DNA of 64,000 nt from TPA_inf: Saccharomyces (Eukaryota): the NCBI GenBank assembly GCA_000146045.2, contig BK006948.2:448001-512000 (forward strand), given 5' to 3'. Made by a program: the position numbers and the translations under genes. Below are positions 42,196 to 52,500 of this stretch, piece after piece; the stretch's first letter is position 1; the number at the start of each line of letters is the position of its first letter. Under the pieces are notes generated by a model, which ran no database searches, was not told the DNA's origin, and worked only from the letters and a program-made list of their open reading frames with translations.

Positions 42196-42828
42196 CTAAC
42201 AACTGCAAGCACTGTTTGCGCTGGTCCCATCATTAGCAGCGTTCAAATCCACTCTTTGATTGTTCGACTCACGTTCGTTACTTGCACTATTTTGCTCTTC
42301 AGCCGTCTTCAGTGGTATCTTTTCACCGATTCCCAAAAATACATCGTTAACATTCTCTCCTGTCTTTGCACTTGTTTCAAAGAACAACAAGCCCTTTTCT
42401 TCCGCTAGCTTTTCACCTTCTTCCCTTGCGACTTTTCTTTCCCCACCTTCTTGCAGCATATCGATCTTGTTACCAACTAACGCAATGATGATATCCTTTG
42501 ATGCCTGTTCATGTAATTCCTTAACCCAGTGGCGCGCTTTAATAAAGGATTGTGGTTTTGTAACGTCGTATACTACAAGAGCAGCTTGTGCGTTTCTATA
42601 GTACATAGGTGCTAAAGATGCAAATCTCTCTTGCCCAGCAGTGTCCCATATTTCAAACTTAACAGTATGTTCATTTATAGTAACTCTTTGAGTGAGGAAT
42701 GCTGCACCAATGGTGGGCTCCTTATTTTCGGCAAAATCATTAGATACAAACCTTAGGACTATTGACGATTTACCAACTGCTGCCTCACCCAACAGTACCA
42801 ACTTTATGGAAGTGACTGATGTGTTCAT
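42196..42828 (-). CDS. VPS21: Rab5-family GTPase (endosomal).
   Basis: 210-aa ORF with GEAAVGKSS (P-loop), [15 protein letters not shown] and a C-terminal -CSC prenylation motif. Confidence 0.95.
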
Positions 42829-43122
42829 TTTTTTGTGTGATAAAAGGGATATTTTTTTATAGCTTAGATAAGTCGACGATCTTGCTTTTTATTTTTAAAA
42901 TCGTTGCCACTTTTATAAGATAAGCTGCTCGTATTTTCACCTCACTTCTCTTTCTTTGTCTTTTCGGGGATATTGTTTTAGCAAAAAGCCCCATAATGCA
43001 AACCGAGAAAACCAAAAAAAAAAAAAACACGTATGAGGTGACAAGAAACTAGATAATCAGCAGACTAATATCTATAAAATAAATCCTCTGGTATATACCT
43101 ACCTCAGCATAAGTTTATATCG

Positions 43123-44841
43123 TCATAATCTAGGTTTTGGCTTTGTTGTTGCCTCCGGGTTCATAACTATTGAAGTAGCATTGGAGACAATTGAGGGTGT
43201 TCCAGAATCACCAAAGAACGCCACTGTTACTGTCAAGTCATCTCTGTATCTTCTACTCATCGGCGATGGTATACTTACCAATGCCGATACATATTCTTTT
43301 CTTCCGCCCGCACTTAATGCATTTCTAATTAAATGAGTGGCGACGTTTTTGTCTTCAATAAGATACTCTGGGTTTGATCCTGATGGTGAGCTCGAATTAT
43401 TATCCTTGTACCTGAATGCCGGTCTTTGTGCTTCCTTGTCTTCAGATACATCGATAACTTTTGGTAATTTCCCCGGTTCTGCCTTCACAGGTGCCAGATT
43501 CATATTTTTATCCATCCACCTGATAACCAAGGAAGCAATTTCTTCATTAGTTAGTAATTCGAATAAACCATCCGAACCCATCACCATAAATTTAGTGTTC
43601 TCACCAATTTTGGCAGAAGTAATCACTGGTTCCGCAGTGACATATGGGGGTGTCTTGAAATCCCTTGGCTCTCTTCTAAAATAAAGTTTGGCAACTTCAG
43701 GCAAATCCGATAATGGTTTTCCATCGACTTCTTTGATCTTGTAGCGATAGTCTCCAAATGCCCTGGATGGTTGTAATGAACCCAATATTCTTCCGTTTCT
43801 TATAACGTTTGGTTCTCCTGGATGTTCTTTCCTAATTCTCCGTACTTCATCCAAATTATCACCGGTCTGGTCGGTGGATAGCGACTTTACCGTCCAATTG
43901 CCCTCGTTGTCCAAACCACAAATTAAAGCCCTTGAGTCTCCAGTGACAGCCACTTTCAAAATTGAGTTAGTGGAGTTGTATAAACTTAATAGTGCACAAG
44001 AACCAGAAATCGCTGGTAAAGTGTTTGCAATATTTGTGTTGTTTGGATCTTGAAACAGCTTCCTGAACGATTCGATTACAAGATCATTATCTAGTTTCAA
44101 AAAACCTTTCGAAATTGCAGAATCGATTAATTGGTTGGGGTCGGAATGGAAAACCGTTTTGTTCTGGTCATATACCTGACCTAATTGATACGCTACATAA
44201 CGGACTAGATCTTTAGATAATTTTTCCGAAGTGAAAGGACCACCATGTCCATCAAAAATTCCAAAAAAATACAAATCCTTCTCTATGGACTTGCCATCCT
44301 CACTTTCTATCGGAATGGTAATGATTTGTTCTACGTGATCGTCTTCTATTGGATGGTTAGAGGGCAACTGTGCCACATCATACCTGAATATACCAGTGCC
44401 ACGGTTAACAAAATGGCTTTCCTCTCTATCATGTAGTTTAGCCTCTATTTTAGAATCGTTCAAGATAAGAACAGATTGGTCATTCTGAGACCGTTGACTC
44501 TTTTGTGTCTCTGTTCCTTTTGGATTAGGTGACGGCATGTTAATGTTACCACTAGTATTTGTAGAATAATCTTTTATTCCGTTAATTGTATCAAGGGAGA
44601 GGATCTTTTTAGGGGAATAGTAGGAGTAGGTCAACAGTAGGGACCCGCTTAGTAGAGCAATGTTTAGAGCTTTAGAATGTGATGATATGAATAGCTTTGT
44701 CCTTGAATAGTATGTGCTGTTGGCATGTGATGTTGAATATGCACGTTGGAGAAACTTCTGTGTGTATTCTCTACCAGATTGACATTTAGATAGAACCTTA
44801 ACCGTTTTCTTTATAGCTACGGTTCTAGTTAAGGGAGACAT
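43123..44841 (-). CDS. PTC5: Mitochondrial PP2C-type protein phosphatase.
   Basis: 572-aa ORF. The PP2C signature FFGIFDGHGG is seen in the translation, and the N-terminus is mitochondrial-presequence-like (MSPLTRTVAIKKTVKVLSK...). Confidence 0.85.
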   Translation of the reverse strand: MSPLTRTVAIKKTVKVLSKCQSGREYTQKFLQRAYSTSHANSTYYSRTKLFISSHSKALNIALLSGSLLLTYSYYSPKKILSLDTINGIKDYSTNTSGNINMPSPNPKGTETQKSQRSQNDQSVLILNDSKIEAKLHDREESHFVNRGTGIFRYDVAQLPSNHPIEDDHVEQIITIPIESEDGKSIEKDLYFFGIFDGHGGPFTSEKLSKDLVRYVAYQLGQVYDQNKTVFHSDPNQLIDSAISKGFLKLDNDLVIESFRKLFQDPNNTNIANTLPAISGSCALLSLYNSTNSILKVAVTGDSRALICGLDNEGNWTVKSLSTDQTGDNLDEVRRIRKEHPGEPNVIRNGRILGSLQPSRAFGDYRYKIKEVDGKPLSDLPEVAKLYFRREPRDFKTPPYVTAEPVITSAKIGENTKFMVMGSDGLFELLTNEEIASLVIRWMDKNMNLAPVKAEPGKLPKVIDVSEDKEAQRPAFRYKDNNSSSPSGSNPEYLIEDKNVATHLIRNALSAGGRKEYVSALVSIPSPMSRRYRDDLTVTVAFFGDSGTPSIVSNATSIVMNPEATTKPKPRL

Positions 44842-45432
44842 GGAGAGATTGAGAGAAGTAAAAGCACTTCTTCTGTTGAAAAATTTCAGTAGAGCACAAA
44901 TTCAATTAAAGTAGCAATAGATGTTTCTTTTCCTGCCTATCACACGATTTCGTTTACCCTCCAATCGATCCTTTTTTTCTTTTTTGTATCTTGTGTAGAA
45001 AGAAGTGAATCCTGTTTTTCTACATAATGAAGGGCCGGTAACTGCTCATTACTGAGTTTTAAAGTAGAAAATAAAAATGTATGCAATTGGTCGCCAATAC
45101 CTGATAACTAAGAATGTAACTATGCAAGGGATAAGGAAATTTAGTCAATGCTGCCCATCACACCCTGAACAGCACAAGATTGCAACCTCTGAGAGTATTT
45201 CTTAAGTTGGAGACTAGTGGAGGAAATGAATTGGCACGTAGCTCGTCGAACATGATGAACTGTGATGATAATGAAAAAATTTTTGTTCCCCAGCGATGAG
45301 TTAGTGAAAATCGACAATATATCTTTTTTTAATCAATGTGTTTTACTATTTCTAGAAAGCAAGGGAAGCCACTCTATTAGTAAACCTCTGGGCTTTACAC
45401 ATATAAAATCGCAGGAAAGTTATATTTCGAAG

Positions 45433-46470
45433 ATGCCACCAAAAAAGGGAAAACAGGCCCAAGCGGCTGGTAAGAAGAAGGATAATGTCGACAAGACGTT
45501 CGGTATGAAGAACAAGAACCGTTCTACCAAAGTCCAAAAATACATCAAACAAGTGCAATCACAATCCGACCCCAAGAAAGAAGAGATGAGGTTAAAGAAA
45601 CTCGAAGAAAAAAAGCGCAGAGAAGCCGAAGAAGCTGAACGAAGAGCACTATTCAACCCTGTAGCAGACCAAAGGGTTCGTGCGGGTGTAGATCCCAAGT
45701 CCATGGTTTGTGCTCTGTTCAAACTGGGGAATTGTAACAAAGGTGCCAAATGTAAGTTCTCACATGACTTGAACGTCGGTAGAAGAATGGAAAAGAAAGA
45801 TTTATACCAAGATACAAGAAGTGAAAAGGAAAATGACACAATGGACAACTGGGATGAAGAAAAGCTGAGAAAAGTTATCCTGTCGAAGCACGGTAACCCA
45901 AAGACCACCACCGACAAAGTATGCAAATACTTCATCGAGGCCGTGGAAAACGGTAAATACGGTTGGTTTTGGATTTGTCCTAACGGAGGTGACAAATGTA
46001 TGTACAGACACTCCCTACCAGAGGGCTTTGTGCTGAAAACCAACGAGCAAAAGAGGCTCGAGAGGGAGTCGCTCGAGAAACAGCCAAAAATTACGCTGGA
46101 GGAGTTTATCGAAACAGAAAGAGGGAAACTAGACAAATCCAAGCTAACACCAATAACAATTGCCAACTTCGCCCAATGGAAGAAGGACCACGTCATCGCA
46201 AAGATTAACGCTGAAAAGAAGTTATCTAGTAAGAGGAAACCTACTGGTAGAGAAATCATTCTTAAGATGAGCGCCGAAAACAAGTCATTTGAGACGGACA
46301 ACGCCGACATGCCAGACGACGTCACCCAGGGATCCGCATGGGATCTTACTGAATTCACAGATGCCTTGAAGAAGGCTGACCACCAAGACGACGGCGGCAT
46401 CAAGGACTACGGTGACGGTAGCAACCCCACCTTCGACATCAAAAAAGCCAACTCCGCCACGCTCGCATAG
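45433..46470 (+). CDS. TMA46: CCCH zinc-finger translation-machinery-associated protein (a DRG/Rbg1 partner).
   Basis: The translation begins [16 protein letters not shown]... Two C-x8-C-x5-C-x3-H fingers are seen ([19 protein letters not shown]; [30 protein letters not shown]). The track's 402-aa ORF starts 57 codons upstream, but MPPKK is the recognised start (345 aa). Confidence 0.8.
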
Positions 46471-47126
46471 TCTAAAATTCATATAGACTAAACTGTATAT
46501 ATGCCACCGTATATATAATACACGCACACACACCAACACAAAGCATGTCACGTCATGTAGCTGATCACGCAGCACGACCGCGGCCCATGCTTATCTGCCG
46601 TCTTTTTGCCCCTTTCGATATCCCACGCCCCACGCCCCCACGTTGTTGAGGTGTTTTTTCACCTCGGATCCGCCCGACAATATCTGGGATTAAAAGTGCT
46701 CGAGTTTTGCTCTCTATTTCACAATCGGTGATAGTTGAGCTTCCTTTCACTGCATCTCTTTGCAGCCTCGGGGGATGAGGCTATATACTTAGAGGGCCTG
46801 AATATATGTTTGACGCATCCCTCCTTCGTACGCTACCATCTGTTACTCTTGCACCGTTATTATATGCTTGTAATTTTTGTTATATAATAGGCCTTTCATT
46901 GTTTTTAATATAGACTTTCATCATAGGGCATCCGGAATTTCTTCTCAGAAGCCTCGCAATTTTTCTTTATATTAGGTTTTTCAGACTTTACATTTGTACA
47001 GAAACTGCGTATTGTTGACCATTACCGAGAGGAAGATAAAAAGGCATAGATAGTTAAGTTTAGCATTATAGAACCAACACAAACAAAACAATAGAAGACA
47101 AAGAGTAAGTTCAAGACAAGTAGACA

Positions 47127-48968
47127 ATGACACACATCACACTGGGACAAGCCATCTGGGCCTCTGTCAGACCAATCATCAAAATCTATCTGATTATTGG
47201 TGTAGGCTTCGGTTTATGCAAGATGAACATCTTAACCGTTCAGGCCACAAGGTCCATCTCTGATATCGTTTTAACAATTCTGCTTCCTTGTTTATCATTC
47301 AATAAAATCGTAGCAAATATAGAAGATAACGATATCAAAGATGTCGGCATTATTTGTCTGACGTCTGTTATACTGTTCGCAACTGGCTTGGGGTTTGCCT
47401 TTATTGTTCGCAGTGTGCTGCCTGTTCCTAAGAGATGGCGTGGTGGTATACTTGCAGGAGGTATGTTTCCCAATATCAGCGATCTACCCATCGCCTATTT
47501 GCAATCCATGGACCAAGGGTTTATATTTACAGAAGCAGAAGGTGAGAAAGGTGTTGCCAACGTTATCATCTTTCTGGCCATGTTTTTGATATGTGTTTTC
47601 AATTTAGGTGGTTTCAGACTAATTGAAAACGATTTCCATTACAAAGGTGATGACGATGAAGAAAATACGTTGACCAATGATGATTCTGCCCAACAGCCAA
47701 CACAACCAATTGAAGGCAATTCTTCTTCTTCATCCAACCAAGATATCCTGAAAGAGCCCAACGAGTCTACCGTTCCTAACAGTTCACAAGCAAGCTACAT
47801 TTCTGAGAAAAATAAAAAAGAAAAAACTGAACTCTCTGTCCCCAAGCCTACACATACTGCCCCTCCAGCAATAGATGACAGGAGCTCGAACTCATCCGCG
47901 GTGGTCTCTATCGATAGCATTACACACTCACTACGCACAAACCATGTGGATGCCCAATCTGTAAGCGAGCTTAACGATCCTACTTACAGAACTAGAAGTC
48001 AACCAATAGCATACACTACCGAGTCAAGAACATCACATGTTCATAATAACCGCAGGAATTCCATCACTGGCTCCTTACGTTCCATCGATATGCGTGAACT
48101 ACCCGCGGAAGGCATGTCGGATTTAATTCGTGAATACTCCAATGTTGATCAATACGGTAGAAGAAGGAAAAGTTCTATCAGCTCCCAAGGAGCACCCTCT
48201 GTTTTGCAGGCAGACGGTACTATTTCTCCAAATTTGACTAGAACCTCCACTTTACAAAGAGTCAAAACTTCCAACCTAACAAGAATAATCACCTCAGATG
48301 CCACTGTTAGTAAGAAAGATATTGAGACTTCCGGTTCCTCTTTACCAAAATGGCTACAGAAATTTCCCTTAACAAAATTTTTCGTCTTTTTTCTAAAAAA
48401 TTGTCTAAGGCCTTGTTCCATGGCTGTTATCCTGGCTTTGATTATCGCTTTTATTCCCTGGGTAAAAGCCCTTTTCGTTACGACCAGTAATACACCAAAA
48501 ATCAAACAAGCCCCAGATAATGCACCTGCTCTAACTTTCATTATGGATTTTACATCTTATGTTGGAGCCGCTTCAGTTCCCTTCGGTTTGATTCTTTTAG
48601 GCGCTACTCTTGGTAGATTGAAAATTGGAAAATTATACCCTGGTTTCTGGAAATCCGCAGTGGTATTAGTCTTTCTCAGACAATGTATCATGCCGATCTT
48701 TGGTGTCTTGTGGTGTGACCGTCTAGTGAAAGCGGGATGGCTAAATTGGGAAAACGACAAGATGTTATTGTTTGTTACCGCCATTACTTGGAACTTACCA
48801 ACAATGACCACCTTAATCTACTTCACTGCAAGTTATACCCCTGAGGACGAAACTGAACCCGTTCAAATGGAATGTACCTCTTTCTTTTTGATGCTTCAAT
48901 ATCCTTTGATGGTCGTTAGTTTACCATTTTTGGTGTCTTATTTCATCAAAGTTCAAATGAAATTATAA
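47127..48968 (+). CDS. ECM3: AEC (auxin-efflux-carrier-like) family membrane protein.
   Basis: 613-aa ORF with N- and C-terminal clusters of TM helices separated by a long hydrophilic S/T-rich loop. Confidence 0.8.
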   Translation: MTHITLGQAIWASVRPIIKIYLIIGVGFGLCKMNILTVQATRSISDIVLTILLPCLSFNKIVANIEDNDIKDVGIICLTSVILFATGLGFAFIVRSVLPVPKRWRGGILAGGMFPNISDLPIAYLQSMDQGFIFTEAEGEKGVANVIIFLAMFLICVFNLGGFRLIENDFHYKGDDDEENTLTNDDSAQQPTQPIEGNSSSSSNQDILKEPNESTVPNSSQASYISEKNKKEKTELSVPKPTHTAPPAIDDRSSNSSAVVSIDSITHSLRTNHVDAQSVSELNDPTYRTRSQPIAYTTESRTSHVHNNRRNSITGSLRSIDMRELPAEGMSDLIREYSNVDQYGRRRKSSISSQGAPSVLQADGTISPNLTRTSTLQRVKTSNLTRIITSDATVSKKDIETSGSSLPKWLQKFPLTKFFVFFLKNCLRPCSMAVILALIIAFIPWVKALFVTTSNTPKIKQAPDNAPALTFIMDFTSYVGAASVPFGLILLGATLGRLKIGKLYPGFWKSAVVLVFLRQCIMPIFGVLWCDRLVKAGWLNWENDKMLLFVTAITWNLPTMTTLIYFTASYTPEDETEPVQMECTSFFLMLQYPLMVVSLPFLVSYFIKVQMKL

Positions 48969-49505
48969 AGTTCGTTAAGGAAGAAACAAGATCTATTCAT
49001 GCATTCCCATTCTCATTCTCATAATTTCATTTCATCGTACAACTGAATCAGGGTGTAATTTTATAGTTGTTTGTTGGTCTTTTTTTATCAACGTAGAATT
49101 CACTTATTTCAGATTTTATAGAGTTTCATAGTATAAAAATAATAATGAAAACAAAACTTCATGCTTTTTCTTCTGTTTATACAATTTCACTTTTGATTGT
49201 TATTCAAAAAAATAACATTTAGTCGCAGCTTCTCAGTGTTACTAATCTTTTTCTTCTTTTTTCGAACATAAGATTTTCTGATGGAACGAAAAAAGGTGAT
49301 CTTTTAATTATTTGTGAATCATAAATATCCTTTTCATTAATTTTTAAGTGGTATAGCGTATTTACATATAAAACATACATGATTATTTCATGTTTATAAT
49401 CAAAAATTATAAATAATTATTTAATCTCTAATATAGATTAATTAGAGTCTTTCCACAACTCAGTAGCATCCAATAGTCATGACAAATTTACTGTACTTGG
49501 ATGTG

Positions 49506-52500
49506 TTAAATATTGTCCTTTTCATAATCTGATAATAAATAAATGGAAATATTTTCACCATAGTTTATGCCAAATTGTGCTTCTATTTGAATTTTCTGAT
49601 CAAACCAGGCTTGCATTATCGATGCTCTATTTTTCGCCCAAACTTCCATTATCATACTAGAATTTTTTGGGCTTATACCTTTAGTTCTCACAAATGTGCA
49701 TAAATCTAAAATGACACCATGCTTATTTAACAACTCTGAAACAATTAAAGTCGTTAGATTACCCAAGATGGGATTATGTCGTTCCTTACACCTAATTAAG
49801 CACACTAATAATCCACCTGCTTTGGCAATCAAACAACTACCAATGTCACTGTGAACATCTTTAACGGTTCTCTCCAAATCACTAACAAAATGTGTCAATC
49901 CTAGAATTTCAATGGATTCATGAATACTTCCCAAAACAAACAACAAGTTCAAATTGACGACCTCTCCCTGTGAATTCGTGCAACTTACGTTTTTGATAAA
50001 GCCCAGATCACCAGTTCTCAAATAGCTTAAAGTGTTATTCACTTCGCTCTTCATCTTACTTTTGAATTGTTCTGTGATAAAGGGATCTTTGTACAACTTG
50101 TTTTTTGAACTGTTACACACAAAGTAGTCGAATGCATTAGCTTCCGAACAGCACCAAATCTCACCGAATTCTCCATCAACACATGGTAGGAGTGTCTCTG
50201 GATTAACTACTGAAACGTCAGTACATACAGGAACAACACCAGAATCTTGAATCTTGATATAGTTTCCAGCACTTACATCATTGGGGTTGACTTCTCTAAT
50301 TATACCTTCCCTCAGTGAAAATGGGTCTAAATATAGGTCAACCGGAGGAATATCCAGATACGACCTTAATGATATAAGCGGATTGAAGTGATGTTGATAG
50401 ACATAACTTATTTGTGTACATGATAGGGATATGGTTGAGTACCGTTTTAAAATATTTTCAATTGTATAAATCCTTGGTCTATTAGGAAAAGGTATCATGA
50501 TATTTCGAACACCCTTGAAAACATCTTCTCTAAGCGAGCCAGATGTATTGTTTTTGGCAGAGTTTATATTCTCCTTCTTATTTTTGAATCCCTCAATCAA
50601 ACTAGAGGCTCTATCCAGTAAAGCATATAACGTTTCAAGCTTCAAATATAAATCTTTTACGTTTAAATTTTGAAGGCCAATTAAAAACTCCTTAGGGTCA
50701 GTAAGAACATCAGTAAGGCTGAATAAGCAAGTTGAAGCACCCGTATAAATTCCTAACAAACAGCTGAACATAAAGCCCAATCCAGATGTATGAGAACATA
50801 TAGAGAAAAGTGGACTATTATTTCTTAACTGCAAAGTTTCTTTGACTATTTTGCTTGCATTCAGTAAAGACGAATGTGTCATTGTTACGTGAATATTAGA
50901 TGTTACATCATACTCTGTATTTACCCATACAACACACGGTGTCATACCAATCCTAGTACCTGGTTTGGCCCCAAATTTCTGCTTTAACACATTCTTAAAC
51001 ATAGATACTGTTAACGCATTCTTTGTCTTGACTTTTGAGAAAACTGTAATCTTGGGTATCAAACTTTTGTATTTCTTAAAACATTTGTTTACGACATTAT
51101 TATCATTCAACAATGAGTGCAATTTAGCATCAACAAATACTCTTTTCACTTTGTAACTTTGAATAATATTAACCAAGCCTTTTAGGTCCTCTTCTATGAC
51201 AGACTCCTTAACGCTTGGTAGGGGAATTACCAATAAGTTACAGTACAGGCAGGCCATGATCATCGCTACGTATTCAACCGAATTTTCACACATAATAATA
51301 ATAGGGTCACCATGCTTCAATGGAATTTTAGAACCTACGATTTTTTTCAAAAAGCCTGCGACAATTTTACCAAAACTTGCCCATGATACCTTTTTGTGAA
51401 CGTTATTATCGTTACTAGCTGAAGAGTTGACTAGGTTTGTGTTTGTACCATCACTGAACGCCGTTTCGTTCCCATAATTAGAAATTCTCCATTCCAGAAT
51501 CTCTAAAATCGATTTGAAGTCTGTGAGTTTTGTATGGCTTCGAGTGTCAACAGACTCATCTCTGTAATCAACACCACTGCATTGTAGGGCAAGTTTTGGT
51601 TTAACGGGACCGCCATTACGATATGCTGGTTCGATCATAGCGTATTCTTCTTGTAAAGCCATCTTTCTCAATTTTGATAAATGCTCGGATAATATACTCT
51701 CATTATAGTACGCTGAATGGGGCAAAAAATCCAATATGACATTATCGAATTGAAACTTTACAAACTGTGCACTGAGATCATTGTTTAAAAACTTCTTCTC
51801 TACCGTGCTATTGGCCAATTCCAGAGAACAATATCTCCTAGGTAAAGTATCTCTCGGCACAACTAAAATGCACATTGGTTGGATTTTATGAAAAATCCAA
51901 AGAATTCTAAAAATTTGGTCAGTTAAATCATTCATTTTCGTTTCTAATTTGTTCCTCTGTGTTTCTGCAAATTTCATTAAGGTAGTATCTGTTGTTTCGC
52001 CATTTTTACTCTCTTCTTCGGTTTTTGCTAGGGAGCTTTCTACCACCATAACTAAAAAGTGCTCTTCTTTATGGTGTTGTAATTCAAATGCAGCAACCTC
52101 AAAAACTGTATTTACTGTCCTCACAACTGTTTCAGTAATCTGTTGTAGATAGTGGGATTCAACAACTCTTTTGTATCCCGAAGATGTTTCGCCACTTAAA
52201 CTCGAAATATCAATAGCCTTAGTGCTTTCTGCTCCAGTGTTACCTTTAGGTTGAGCAGATTGATTCCCTTTTTTGGCATAAAGAAGGTTTGATGTGTGAG
52301 CCCAGTTAGGTAATCTGATTAATCTATTCTGTAAAAACATATCTTCTATGAGTGAAAGCACGTATATCTTTCCGTTATGAACAAACCCCATAAGCTTGGT
52401 TCTCATAAAGTAGGTATTTGCAGGACAAATATTCAGAATGGTATCCAATTGTTCAGTAACTGCTTGCGATTTTTCGTTAGTAGGCATTTCATACTTTGCC

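Noticed and set aside
45262-45432. A 57-codon in-frame upstream extension of TMA46 (the track's 402-aa ORF).
   Set aside because: The extension is hydrophobic and non-conserved-looking. The recognised N-terminus MPPKKGKQ begins at 45433, and an AT-rich promoter-like sequence lies immediately upstream.
45420-46403. A 327-codon stop-free ORF on the minus strand, antisense to essentially all of TMA46.
   Set aside because: Its translation is low complexity and F/S/L-rich, with no motif. TMA46 is Lys/Glu-rich (AAG/GAA codons), and the complement of such codons (CTT/TTC) avoids stop codons, so a long antisense ORF is an expected artefact.
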